From NCBI GenBank assembly GCA_964473815.1, contig CAYYQK010000005.1, positions 3,847-67,846 on the forward strand: a stretch of DNA of 64,000 nt, read 5' to 3'. The stretch is from an uncultured Candidatus Saccharibacteria bacterium. Its GTDB lineage: Bacteria > Patescibacteriota > Doudnabacteria > UBA920. A program made the translations under genes and the position numbers. A model generated the notes under the pieces. The model saw only the letters and a program-made list of their open reading frames with translations, did no database searches and was not told where the DNA came from. Of the stretch, positions 26,089 through 35,638 are shown in pieces; position 1 is the stretch's first letter, and each line of letters starts with the position of its first letter.

Positions 26089-29000
26089 TTATTGGCAGGC
26101 TTCACATTCCGGGTCGTCTAGACGGCAAAGCTTGAATGCGGTTTGGTCGAGGGTTGCAGCGCCGCCGGTATTCATAGAGAACCCAGCACTCATCGGCGAA
26201 ATTGGGGTTGGTTCTACTTTGTAGCTCACAGATTCTGTGACTGCTTCTGTGACAGTTTCACTTACGGTTTCTTCTACAACAGCGGCCATCATTTGTTCGG
26301 CAGCCATAACTGGTTCTTGAACTTGTGGCTGTACAGGTGCAACAGGTTGCGGTACTGGGTCGATGGCACCGGAAGGAATTTGATCTTCAACACGTTGACC
26401 TAATTTTGATTCTCCGCTTCGCAAGTGAGTTTTGCCAAATTCAGCGGCATTCACAGTAGACTTTTCTACCTGCGATGCAGCCAATGAACGCAAGTAGTAT
26501 GTAGTCTTCACACCCATATCGTAAGCGTAAATGTAAATGTCATTGATATCTTTACCACTCTTACCGCCGTAGAACACATTCAAACTTTGTGACTGATCAA
26601 TCCACTTACCGCGGAATGCTGCCGCGCGAATTAACCATTTGGCATCAACTTCAAAAACTTCTTTGTACTTATCTTTCAATTCCTGTGGGATGCCGGCGAT
26701 TTCACCAACACGGCCATCGTTAAATTTGAGCTGGGCGATCATATCGTCGTTCCACATACCGATCTTCTTCAAATCTTCCACCAAGTATTGATTAATAACC
26801 ACGAAGTCACCAGAGATATTGGCTTTTACATAAATGTTTTTGTAAATCGGTTCAATTGAAGGAATGGCACCAGAAATATTGGAAATAGTTGCAGTTGGAG
26901 CAATCGCCATGGTGTTTGAGTTACGCATGCCGTATTCAGCCACATGCTGACGAACTGGTGTCCAGTCCAAACGACCAGTGCGGGACACTGGAATTTCTTC
27001 ACCACGCTCTTGTTCCAGCAAAGCGATGGTGTCGACCGGGAAAATGCCCCGATCCCATTTACTGCCTCGGTAAGAAGAGTAAGCACCGCGTTCTTTGGCG
27101 AGCAAGCTTGAACCCATAATTGCGTAGTAAGACACTGCTTCCATGCTGTAGTCAGCAAATTCAACCATGGCTTCTGAATCAAAATTGATTCCTTGCTGGT
27201 AAAGCGCGTCGTGGAATCCCATGATACCCAAACCAACTGGACGGTGACGCAAATTTGAATTTTTTGCTTCAGGGGTTGGATAGAAATTTAAGTCGATAAC
27301 ATTATCGAGCATGCGCATTGCTGTGGTAACAGTGTACTGCAATTTTTCGACGTCAAACTGACCGCGGGCAATGTGACGGGCCAAGTTGATGGAACCCAAG
27401 TTACATACCGCAATTTCATCTTTGGAGGTGTTCAGCGTGATTTCAGTACAAAGGTTGGAGCTGTGAACTACACCAACGTGATCTTGTGGCGAACGAATAT
27501 TGCTTGGGTCTTTGAAAGTAATCCATGGGTGACCTGTTTCGAATAACATTGTGAGCATTTTCTTCCAAAGGTCACGCGCTTTCATTTGCTTGAAAAGCTT
27601 CAATTCACCAGCCATGCCTTTTTGTTCGTAGCGTTCGTACATGCGCTTGAATTCGCGGCCGTACAAGTCGTGCAGTTCCGGGGTTTCGTCGGGAGAGAAC
27701 AAAGACCACATCCCATCAGCTTTAACACGCTGCATGAACAAATCTGGAATCCAGTTGGAAGTGTTCATGTCATGAGTGCGGCGGCGTTCGTCACCAGTGT
27801 TTTTGCGAAGTTCCAAGAAATCTTCAATGTCATAGTGCCAAGTTTCAAGGTATGCGCAAGTCGCGCCGCGCTTGCGACCGCTGCGCGAAATTGCCACAGT
27901 TACGTCATTTGCAATTTTTAAGAATGGAATTACACCCTGGCTTTCAATACCGGCTTGCTTAATTAACGCACCAGTCGCGCGAAGCTTGCTCCAGTCATTA
28001 CCAAGCCCACCGCTCCATTTGGAGAGTTGAGCGTTGTCCCCGTAGGCTTTGAAAATATTTGCCAAATCATCTTCTACAGTTGTTAAATAACAAGATGATA
28101 GCTGGGAGTGGATCATACCCGAGTTAAACAAAGTTGGTGATGATGGCACAAAGTGCAAAGTCGAAATAACCCGGTAAAATTCTACGGCGCGGGCTTCTTT
28201 ATTTTCTTCGTTCAAAGACAAACCCATAGCGACACGCATCCAGAACATCTGTGGGGTTTCGAGTAATTCCTTGGTTTCTGGGATACGAGTAAAGTAGCGG
28301 TCGTTCAAAGTTTGTACAGCCAAGTAAGACAAAAGACTATCGCGATCGCGAACCAACTCAGAGGCAATATACTCTAAATTAAAAGTCAGCATGCGAGGGT
28401 CTAAACGACGGGCGGATACACCCTTGCTCACACAGCGGACAAACGCTTCTCGCAATTGTTCGTCTAACCGGTTGAAGTCAATGACATCTTGACCAATAAC
28501 TTCTTTGTAGAGTTTATTAGAAAGCGCGCGAGCAGCAACCGTTGAGTATGCTGGGTCACGTTCGATGAATGAGCGCAAAACCATGATAAGCGCTCGTTCA
28601 ATATCTGAAGTCTTAATGTCTTCATGAATTTCCAAACGCAATTGATTCATTACCATAGGTACGTCAATGCTGGCAGCTTCATCACCCAAAATCTTTTCCA
28701 AACTATTTTGCACTTTTGCAAGTGCAAAGGCTTCGGTCTTGCCATTGCGCTTGTGAACCATAATTTCCGCTTTGTCGATCTTCTCCAAAACTTCCTGCTT
28801 CTTTTCTTCGCGAACTTTGGTGTGCTCGTAGCGGTAAATAATATAAGCTTTGGCAACATCAAAAAGCTGAGCTTCCATCAGTTTCTTTTCAACAACGTTT
28901 TGCACGTCTTCTACCCCTGGCACACGCCCTTCGAACACAGTTTCGATTTCAGCAACAACCGCATCAGCAATTTGGTCGGTTAGCAAAGTATTGGCTTTGT

Positions 29001-29091
29001 AATTAACTTCTACGTAAGCGTGGTTGAGTGCGGATTTAATTTTCGCGGGATCAAACGGAACGGTCTCTCCGCTTCTTTTTTTAATTTCCAT
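26089..29091 (-). CDS. nrdA: Ribonucleotide reductase class I alpha subunit with two N-terminal ATP-cone domains
   Basis: 1000 aa; ATP cones 'KRSGETVPFDPAKIKSAL' and 'KRNGKTEAFALAKVQNSL'; catalytic core 'NLCTEI'; C-terminal Cys pair 'ECEACQ'. Confidence 0.9.
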   Translation of the reverse strand: MEIKKRSGETVPFDPAKIKSALNHAYVEVNYKANTLLTDQIADAVVAEIETVFEGRVPGVEDVQNVVEKKLMEAQLFDVAKAYIIYRYEHTKVREEKKQEVLEKIDKAEIMVHKRNGKTEAFALAKVQNSLEKILGDEAASIDVPMVMNQLRLEIHEDIKTSDIERALIMVLRSFIERDPAYSTVAARALSNKLYKEVIGQDVIDFNRLDEQLREAFVRCVSKGVSARRLDPRMLTFNLEYIASELVRDRDSLLSYLAVQTLNDRYFTRIPETKELLETPQMFWMRVAMGLSLNEENKEARAVEFYRVISTLHFVPSSPTLFNSGMIHSQLSSCYLTTVEDDLANIFKAYGDNAQLSKWSGGLGNDWSKLRATGALIKQAGIESQGVIPFLKIANDVTVAISRSGRKRGATCAYLETWHYDIEDFLELRKNTGDERRRTHDMNTSNWIPDLFMQRVKADGMWSLFSPDETPELHDLYGREFKRMYERYEQKGMAGELKLFKQMKARDLWKKMLTMLFETGHPWITFKDPSNIRSPQDHVGVVHSSNLCTEITLNTSKDEIAVCNLGSINLARHIARGQFDVEKLQYTVTTAMRMLDNVIDLNFYPTPEAKNSNLRHRPVGLGIMGFHDALYQQGINFDSEAMVEFADYSMEAVSYYAIMGSSLLAKERGAYSSYRGSKWDRGIFPVDTIALLEQERGEEIPVSRTGRLDWTPVRQHVAEYGMRNSNTMAIAPTATISNISGAIPSIEPIYKNIYVKANISGDFVVINQYLVEDLKKIGMWNDDMIAQLKFNDGRVGEIAGIPQELKDKYKEVFEVDAKWLIRAAAFRGKWIDQSQSLNVFYGGKSGKDINDIYIYAYDMGVKTTYYLRSLAASQVEKSTVNAAEFGKTHLRSGESKLGQRVEDQIPSGAIDPVPQPVAPVQPQVQEPVMAAEQMMAAVVEETVSETVTEAVTESVSYKVEPTPISPMSAGFSMNTGGAATLDQTAFKLCRLDDPECEACQ

Positions 29092-29135
29092 GGTTTCTTT
29101 GTTTCTAAATTATTGATATGAGTAAAATTTCGTTT

Positions 29136-29582
29136 CTAGAGTTTCAGAATCGCTTCCTTAAACTCTTCGATGTCTTCAAACTGTCGATACACACTGGCGA
29201 ACCTGATGTAAGCAACTTTGTCTACTTTTCGAATTGCCTTCATGATGATCTCGCCAATTGCATTACTGGTGATCTCTCCTCCGGAAGCTTTCTTCTGGAT
29301 TTCCTGTTCGACCGTGCCCAGGATTTTTTGGAAAGTTTGGTCAGTGTGCGGTCTTTTTTCAAAAGCCCGTCTCAGGCCCCGCTCTAGCTTTTCACGGCTA
29401 TACACCTGGCGAGTACCGTCACGTTTTAGCACAGTCAGATCGAGAATTTCGATTTGTTCATAAGTACTAAACCGGAACTCGCATTTCTCACATTCGCGAC
29501 GTCTTCGGATGGCTGCCGAATCTTCAGCTGGCCGGGAATCTACCACTTTTGTGTCACAATTTAAGCATTTGGGGCATTTCAT
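29136..29582 (-). CDS. nrdR: Transcriptional repressor NrdR
   Basis: 'MKCPKCLNCDTKVVDSRP...RRRECEKCEFRFSTYE' zinc ribbon plus ATP cone; 148 aa; heads the nrd operon. Confidence 0.9.
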   Translation of the reverse strand: MKCPKCLNCDTKVVDSRPAEDSAAIRRRRECEKCEFRFSTYEQIEILDLTVLKRDGTRQVYSREKLERGLRRAFEKRPHTDQTFQKILGTVEQEIQKKASGGEITSNAIGEIIMKAIRKVDKVAYIRFASVYRQFEDIEEFKEAILKL

Positions 29583-29718
29583 TGGGTTTTTGAAAATTAC
29601 TAAATATAGTATGCGCTTCCTAATTATACCGCTACATGTAGGGTTTCTCCAAAAATCAAAATTCCCTCGGAAATGAAATACTTTTTATTTTTTTGACGTT
29701 TTGCGACGGCAGTTATCC

Positions 29719-29754
29719 ACAAAAAACCTGCCAGGCAGTAAATTGCTGGCAGGT
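29719..29754 (-). terminator. Rho-independent terminator (minus strand) after the pilin operon / small ORF
   Basis: Perfect 9-bp arms acctgccag...ctggcaggt with an 11-nt loop, and an A7 run on + (T-run on minus). Confidence 0.55.
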
Positions 29755-29782
29755 ATTGTTAAGTTAAAAAATTAGGAAAATT

Positions 29783-30109
29783 TTATAAGAACTTGGGAGT
29801 GGATTTCCGGGGTTTTTTGGAACTATTTTTTTCAGATTTCATCAGGTAGATCGCTACTCCGATGGCGATGAGCAACAGGATAATGCCACCTAGGCCGTAA
29901 ATCACACTGCTACTGGCCTGCTGCTGTGTGGCCTGCTCCAAAGTAGTCTCTCCTACCGGCTTATTGGTATGAGGATCAATTTCTTCTATGGTTCTTTGCA
30001 GAGGAGCCCGCTCGACTCCCTGGGCAGCCGACTGTGAATATGATGAAGATTGATTATTCATAATTCTATTTATTCCAAAATTATATATGTTCCCTTTAAA
30101 GGCGCCCAC
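29783..30109 (-). CDS. Small membrane protein, hypothetical
   Basis: 108 aa, one TM helix, last gene of the minor-pilin operon. Confidence 0.3.
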   Translation of the reverse strand: MGAFKGNIYNFGINRIMNNQSSSYSQSAAQGVERAPLQRTIEEIDPHTNKPVGETTLEQATQQQASSSVIYGLGGIILLLIAIGVAIYLMKSEKNSSKKPRKSTPKFL

Positions 30110-31902
30110 GAACCGCCTGGTCCGCTGTAAAATGCTTCGCTAATCAATCCGCTGTCATAAGTCAGTGTTGCCCCGCCATCCATAGTGATTTGTTTTGCCG
30201 TTAGCGCTTTTAAAACACTGCCCCCACTTATATGCACATTTCCATCTTGGGCAATTAAAGCTACGGTGCCGGCTCCACCGGAAAGATAAATTGCATCATT
30301 CCCTGAGCAATTTGGGCCTGCGGGACAAGAGCTTGTTGTTATGACAAAAGGATAACTTCCAACGGCTCCTGAACCGGCAAAATTAGAGCCCCCTGTAAGA
30401 GTTACGTATCCATCCGTAACCAATACGCCACTATTACTTCCATAACTTGAATCAAGCTGAACTTTTCCACCATTACTTATGGTAATATTCCCATCCACCC
30501 AAACAGTTCCTGTCATTATCAAAGTGCCGCCGCCATTAACAGTTAAGTTACCCGTGATATGAGTAGGCCCCAATGTCGCCCCCGCAAATCCAACCGTAAC
30601 ATTACCGCTGGTCACTCCTCCAGCAGCTGCATCATTTTTCCAATCAGTGATGTTGTTGTCCGACAAAGGTAGAGGGGTTTGGGGAGGATCGCCTTGGGTG
30701 GTGTCACAACTCTTGTTAGTAAAGCTTGAGGTTTGGCAATATAAATACCCGGATAGTGTTGCTCCCATTACATTATGCCCCCAACCCTGATCATTTGAAG
30801 ATGTACCTATATACACGCCAGTATTGTATGAGTTCCCTCCAATATAGGAATATCCACCCCCTAAACTCAATCGGAAATATCCATCTAATCCGTTTGGTGA
30901 GGTATTAGACCATGCTCCCGTGCTTTGACGACCAATTTTTGCTGTCCCGTTTGCATAACCGTTAGAATTTGCGCCAATAATGTAGTAATTACTGGAATTA
31001 GAGCTCCCATCGATTACAAGCCAATAAGTTAAACTTGGATCCAGAACTGGAGTAGTTGGTAAAGACACCGTAACCCATCCAAAACTGGTAGTGACCGAGG
31101 ACGATGACAAAGTCGCCGATAGCAAAGTAGTTGAACCAGGCGAACCTGAGTTGTCCGTCACTATTCGAACCGTTTCATTCCCAGGATTCCCATTCTTCTT
31201 CATGAAGAATTGTACATTGGAAGTCGGGATTGAATCGGAGATTTTGAAACTTTGGGCAAAGTCTTCTGTCGCGCTTGCATTCCCAAAAGTAACACAGCTA
31301 GTGGAACTACACGAAGAAATACTTGCTGGTTGGTCATTGCTCTGGTCAACCGTTAAAGCAGAAGGATTTGCCGCAATGGCGCTACCTGTAATATGAACTC
31401 CCGTAGTAGCACTAATATTACCGTTAGAATACACACTCCCATTTATTGTTGACCCACCTGTTAAACTAAAGCCACCTGCCCCAGCCTGTACGCCATATCT
31501 AAATGAGATAACATTTGAGTTAATACCCACCTGAGTTTTTATTGTAATCTGAGAGGTTGGATTTGTGCTGTTTGGAATGTAAGCGGTGGAAGTAATTAAT
31601 TTATTTGTTGAATTAATATTTGAGATGGTTGTTGTGTAGGTTCCAGCACCCACAGCCACATTTGATTCTCCTGAAAAAGAAGAGCCTTGATTTAACTGAT
31701 AAATAGCTTTATCTAAACCCGCCTCCGCTATATTGAGTAACTGCACTTTCGCAACAGTATTGCGACTGGCTTTTATTTGAACAAACGTAGTTCCCCACAC
31801 TGCAACTGATAAAACAACCAGTACAGACATGACTATAATGCCAATGATCATTAAAGCACCGGATTCTGAGTTGATATTCAATTTATGTTTTTGAATAGTC
31901 AT
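30070..31902 (-). CDS. Large PilX-like type IV minor pilin / pilus-tip-associated protein
   Basis: N-terminal hydrophobic pilin-like segment 'GALMIIGIIVMSVLVVLSVAVWG'; Ser/Thr/Gly/Asn-rich beta-rich body; operon with two prepilins. Confidence 0.45.
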   Translation of the reverse strand: MTIQKHKLNINSESGALMIIGIIVMSVLVVLSVAVWGTTFVQIKASRNTVAKVQLLNIAEAGLDKAIYQLNQGSSFSGESNVAVGAGTYTTTISNINSTNKLITSTAYIPNSTNPTSQITIKTQVGINSNVISFRYGVQAGAGGFSLTGGSTINGSVYSNGNISATTGVHITGSAIAANPSALTVDQSNDQPASISSCSSTSCVTFGNASATEDFAQSFKISDSIPTSNVQFFMKKNGNPGNETVRIVTDNSGSPGSTTLLSATLSSSSVTTSFGWVTVSLPTTPVLDPSLTYWLVIDGSSNSSNYYIIGANSNGYANGTAKIGRQSTGAWSNTSPNGLDGYFRLSLGGGYSYIGGNSYNTGVYIGTSSNDQGWGHNVMGATLSGYLYCQTSSFTNKSCDTTQGDPPQTPLPLSDNNITDWKNDAAAGGVTSGNVTVGFAGATLGPTHITGNLTVNGGGTLIMTGTVWVDGNITISNGGKVQLDSSYGSNSGVLVTDGYVTLTGGSNFAGSGAVGSYPFVITTSSCPAGPNCSGNDAIYLSGGAGTVALIAQDGNVHISGGSVLKALTAKQITMDGGATLTYDSGLISEAFYSGPGGSWAPLKGTYIILE

Positions 31903-31904
31903 AA

Positions 31905-32462
31905 TTATTGATTTCTCAAAAAGATCACATCGTTTAAATGACTAGTTACTGTTGAAACATTTCGTACCGAGGCTTGCGTCTGCAAATCGACAGTTACTGT
32001 ATCGGCTGCAGCAGGGCTGGCATTATTGTAGGTGAAACTTAAAGAACTAACATTTTCACTAAGTAATTTTGTACCAGCATGTCGGGCACTGCTACCATTG
32101 GTTTGAATAAGTTGGTAAAGGGAGTTATTTGCTAAATAATAAATGACGTAATCACTGCCGTTGCTTATAATATTTCCATTACTGTCAAAAGCTGGAAGTT
32201 GTAGAACCAAAGTATGATTATCTGTAGTATAATTGGTACTACCAAAAGTTATGCTGCTTAATATATGGGAAGCCTGTGCAATGTACTTAGTCATGCTATT
32301 AAAAGCCTGGCGGGTACCGTCGGTTGTCTGTACCTCTGCCCTTTCCTGAAAATATACTTTGTTGTGCCATTCAAAAAGATTAAGCAACGCCACCATCAAA
32401 AAGGAAAAAATTCCTATGACAATAATAACTTCAATGAGTGTAAAACCTTTTTGGGATCTCAT
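31905..32462 (-). CDS. Type IV prepilin-like protein (N-terminal cleavage/methylation motif)
   Basis: 'KGFTLIEVIIVIGIF' prepilin peptidase site (G/FTLIE). Confidence 0.6.
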   Translation of the reverse strand: MRSQKGFTLIEVIIVIGIFSFLMVALLNLFEWHNKVYFQERAEVQTTDGTRQAFNSMTKYIAQASHILSSITFGSTNYTTDNHTLVLQLPAFDSNGNIISNGSDYVIYYLANNSLYQLIQTNGSSARHAGTKLLSENVSSLSFTYNNASPAAADTVTVDLQTQASVRNVSTVTSHLNDVIFLRNQ

Positions 32463-32860
32463 TGTCCGATCCCTCCTTGAGTGATGTAAGTTTCCAAATC
32501 TACGCTTTGAGTTTGGTTAGTCTGTTGATTCAAATAAGTAACTGTGACTTTGACATCTTTGGTTTTAGAATTTAAATCTGTCACAGTAATATTTCCGGCC
32601 CCATTTGGAATTTCTGACATTTGTGAATCTGTGAATGAGCCTGTGGACGGTAACGAAGCGAAGCTGGTCGTGCGTAAGCTTTGCATTTTTTTATCAGCAA
32701 TCCTTAAAGCCGACTCGCGATAGCGATTCATTCTATTAGTCACGACGGTTTTGGAGGTAGCTTCATACAAAACCAAAGACACTCCGATTAAAAAAACCGT
32801 GACCAAGACTTCTATCAAAGTGAAGCCATTTTGAATTGGAGTATTTTTATTTGCCTGCAC
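32459..32860 (-). CDS. Type IV prepilin-like protein (PilV-like)
   Basis: 'QNGFTLIEVLVTVFLIG' prepilin motif. Confidence 0.6.
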   Translation of the reverse strand: MQANKNTPIQNGFTLIEVLVTVFLIGVSLVLYEATSKTVVTNRMNRYRESALRIADKKMQSLRTTSFASLPSTGSFTDSQMSEIPNGAGNITVTDLNSKTKDVKVTVTYLNQQTNQTQSVDLETYITQGGIGQ

Positions 32861-33001
32861 TTTTCCTTATTTTGTTTCTATTTGCCGCCGATCGCCCATT
32901 GTCTACTTTTATATATAGTAGCATATTTAGGTGATAATCGGGGTTTGAAGGCTTGATTTTTTGGCCTAGATTTGCTAAAATGCCTGAGTACAATTTCATA
33001 T

Positions 33002-33299
33002 TCGGGAGTAGCTCAGTGGTAGAGCAATCGGCTGTGTCACAAACCATACGCAGCCCTGAATGGTAACATTTAGGTGATAACGAGGTGAATTGCTGGAAGC
33101 CTGTTTGCCGAAAGGCAATGGTAATCAGCAGCCAAGCTACTTAGTAGAAGGTTCAGAGACTATCCGCAAGGAGTACTGCGACTAGTTCGCGGGAAGCGCC
33201 TCGCATCCTAAGGGATGATGATATAGTCCACCCCTTTTCGAAAGATTAGGATAATGTGTAACCGATCGGTCCTGGGTTCGAATCCCAGCTCCCGAGCCA
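33002..33299 (+). tRNA. tRNA gene (Asn-GUU favoured by G73 discriminator, or Thr-UGU) interrupted by a group I intron in the anticodon loop
   Basis: 5' exon TCGGGAG-TA-GCTC-AGTGGTA-GAGC-A-ATCGG-CU; 3' exon ...AA-CCGAU-CGGUC-CUGGG-UUCGAAU-CCCAG-CUCCCGA-G-CCA. Acceptor, D, anticodon and T stems all pair. Confidence 0.8.
33034..33258 (+). ncRNA. Group I self-splicing intron (~223 nt) within the tRNA anticodon loop
   Basis: Contains group I core elements: P 'AATTGCTGGAA', Q 'AATCAGCAG', R 'GGTTCAGAGACTA', S 'GATATAGTCC'. The 5' exon ends in U and the intron ends in G; boundaries are uncertain by ~2 nt. Confidence 0.75.
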
Positions 33300-33301
33300 A
33301 C

Positions 33302-33335
33302 AAAAAACCACTAACTTGTTTAGCGGTTTTTTTGT
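33302..33335. terminator. Hairpin terminator following the tRNA, possibly bidirectional
   Basis: aaaaaaccactaa-cttgt-ttagcggttttttt. Confidence 0.45.
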
Positions 33336-33349
33336 TATTAAACTCTAGC

Positions 33350-33775
33350 TTAAGCTTTCTCTCGGCAATCAATCATCCATTCGATTCCGTATTTGTCTCG
33401 GAAGGAACCAAAGTAAGAACCCCAAGGGCTTTGGTTCATTGGTGATTCAACTTCTCCATCAGCAGACAACCCCTCGAACAAGCGATCTGCTTCTTCGCGG
33501 CTCTCCGCGCCAATTAAAATTTTGCTTCGGTTCTCGCGCTCGTTGGTCTTGCCCATAAACGCAGGAACATCGTTTCCCATCAACATAGTTGGTCCAATGG
33601 GTAAGGCAATGTGCATCAGTTTTTCTTTTTCTTCTTCTGGAACTTCAAATCCTGGATTTGGAATATCTTTAAAGCGAGTGAGGTCTACAAGTTCGCCACC
33701 GAAAACAGATTTGTAAAACTCAAATGCTTCTTCGGCATTGCCGTTAAAGTTCACATGCGGATGTATTGTTATCAT
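33350..33775 (-). CDS. VOC (glyoxalase/bleomycin-resistance/PhnB-like) family protein
   Basis: 'MITIHPHVNFNGNAEEAFEFYKSVFGG' typical PhnB-like N-terminus. Confidence 0.6.
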   Translation of the reverse strand: MITIHPHVNFNGNAEEAFEFYKSVFGGELVDLTRFKDIPNPGFEVPEEEKEKLMHIALPIGPTMLMGNDVPAFMGKTNERENRSKILIGAESREEADRLFEGLSADGEVESPMNQSPWGSYFGSFRDKYGIEWMIDCREKA

Positions 33776-33868
33776 AATTTAGCTTTTAATATTATATTGA
33801 TATTACCATTTTCTACATGATATTTCTATTATGCCTGATTCTCTAGTTTAGTTATTTTTTGTTATAGT

Positions 33869-34201
33869 ATGTACATGTCTACCCACATCTCAAAGATTTC
33901 CGGCGGCACTGCCCACAAATTACCACCCGACTTAAAAACTGCATTATCCAAAGACAAAAAATCTTTAGCTATTTGGGAAACTCTTACCCCACTCGCCCGC
34001 AACGAATGGATCTGTTGGGATATTTTTCCTAAACAAGAAAAAACGAGAAACGAACATATTAAGCGCACTGTTACGGAACTCAAACAAGGAAAGCGCCGAC
34101 CCTGCTGCTGGATTGGCTGTATTCACCGAAAGGACAAAGAAATTTCTCCGTCAATAAAAGCGGTACTCGCCGGGACGCTCGGCAAGGCAAAGAAAAAATA
34201 A
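33869..34201 (+). CDS. YdeI/OmpD-associated (bacteriocin-protection-like) family small protein
   Basis: 'LAIWETLTPLARNEWICW...KQEKTRNEHIKRTV' pattern; weak. Confidence 0.35.
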   Translation: MYMSTHISKISGGTAHKLPPDLKTALSKDKKSLAIWETLTPLARNEWICWDIFPKQEKTRNEHIKRTVTELKQGKRRPCCWIGCIHRKDKEISPSIKAVLAGTLGKAKKK

Positions 34202-34246
34202 AAATCGCCAGAACGGCGACTTTTTATTTATATGCGTTTAGGCACT

Positions 34247-35320
34247 TTAAATATTCAACTGAGTTACCATGCGTTTCGTAGAAAGATCCTGACTTGGCAA
34301 GGCGCGATCAAAAGAATTGGCCGGGACCTGCTCTTCAATCCAATAGCCATACGAATTAAATACATCCATATTAGAAAATGTGTATCGCCCACCAGCCTTA
34401 ACAACGAATAACGTCCCATGATCATTCACCAAAGTGCCCGATGGATGGGCCTGTTCAGTACTACCAATATTTTGTTCGTTGACCATAAATGAAGTATCAC
34501 CCGGATAAACATTTTTAAACTGATATCCTAGTTTCAAAAATACATCAGATGAAGTAAACCCAGCCCGTAATCCGTTGGTGATTAAATACACGGTGCCGTG
34601 GTCGTTTATTAATGCACCATCACGCGGCGGAATATAATAGGTCACTGGTGCACTGGCTCCATTTGGTGTGTAGTTAGTCAGTGGTAAATTCATATCAGCC
34701 TGATTCGCCTTCTTGACCTCTGACCATTTATTAAATCGGTAGGATAAAAATGCGCCTGCAGAAGTGTAAGGGCTACGACGGCCGCCAGTTTCAATATGAT
34801 AAACCGTGCCATCTGTTCCTAAAATATTTGTCCCAGGATCATGCGCGCCAGTATTCTGATCGGGTATATTTGGCGTCGCAGGATCAGTAGTTTTGTTTGC
34901 GCCACTCACTGTAAAGTACCCATCAGAAATTCCCTGGGCACTAAAATCAGGGGCTTTGTATACTACAAACTTATAATAATTTGCCTGAACGGCGTTTCCG
35001 CCATCACTCTTTGAAACATCAACAGTCCAAGTGTAAGTACCATTATTTGAAATTGGGGTTGGGGTTAAATTGAAAAATGCCTGATTCACGTCATCATAAA
35101 CCGAAGTGTTATCCTTATAACCCAAAACTGCTAAGTAAACTTGCGGGATTGTCCCATTTGTAGTCCAAGTGACCGTGACTTGCTGTCCTTGTGAAAAATT
35201 CTTTCCACCCATCAGACTAGTGATGGTAAAAGACTCTCCGGACGCAGCTATGGCTGGTTGAGGAAATAATACAACCAAAGCGAATAAACCAATTGCAAGT
35301 TTTGAAATTATATTTCTCAT
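34247..35320 (-). CDS. Secreted hypothetical protein
   Basis: Signal peptide 'LFALVVLFPQPAIAAS'; beta-rich, Thr/Gly/Asn-rich. Confidence 0.4.
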   Translation of the reverse strand: MRNIISKLAIGLFALVVLFPQPAIAASGESFTITSLMGGKNFSQGQQVTVTWTTNGTIPQVYLAVLGYKDNTSVYDDVNQAFFNLTPTPISNNGTYTWTVDVSKSDGGNAVQANYYKFVVYKAPDFSAQGISDGYFTVSGANKTTDPATPNIPDQNTGAHDPGTNILGTDGTVYHIETGGRRSPYTSAGAFLSYRFNKWSEVKKANQADMNLPLTNYTPNGASAPVTYYIPPRDGALINDHGTVYLITNGLRAGFTSSDVFLKLGYQFKNVYPGDTSFMVNEQNIGSTEQAHPSGTLVNDHGTLFVVKAGGRYTFSNMDVFNSYGYWIEEQVPANSFDRALPSQDLSTKRMVTQLNI

Positions 35321-35638
35321 AAAAGTTAAATAATGTTAGTTATATTATATCACCTTTTAAGTCAATTTGTGCTAGAATAGGCTTATGGAACACGAAACAT
35401 TCTGGAGCCTGCTCAGAGATCCCGCGCATTGGTATTTTGAACTTTTCCTAATTCTGATTTTCGACATTCTGATCGGTGCCTTAATTTGGCCCCGACTCAG
35501 GAAATCTTTTACTCATCATAAAGAAGATGATGAGCGCATCGACGAATTAGAAAAGCGCATCAAACAACTCGAAGACTCCCAGCGATAATTATATCGCTCA
35601 CAATACCGCCGGAAGGCGGTTTTTGTTATACTACCCCT

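Noticed and set aside
521-27236. Numerous short ORFs in the six-frame track antisense to or nested in long genes (e.g. 521..748, 1402..1749, 2125..2385, 3312..3503, 6843..7058, 8179..8550, 26826..27236)
   Set aside because: Each is fully embedded in a longer ORF with strong motif support on the other strand or frame. They have no RBS, and their low-complexity composition reflects the complementary strand.
33034-33258. Possibility that the tRNA insertion is a mobile element carrying a homing endonuclease
   Set aside because: The insertion is only 223 nt with no ORF. It is consistent with a minimal group I intron core alone.
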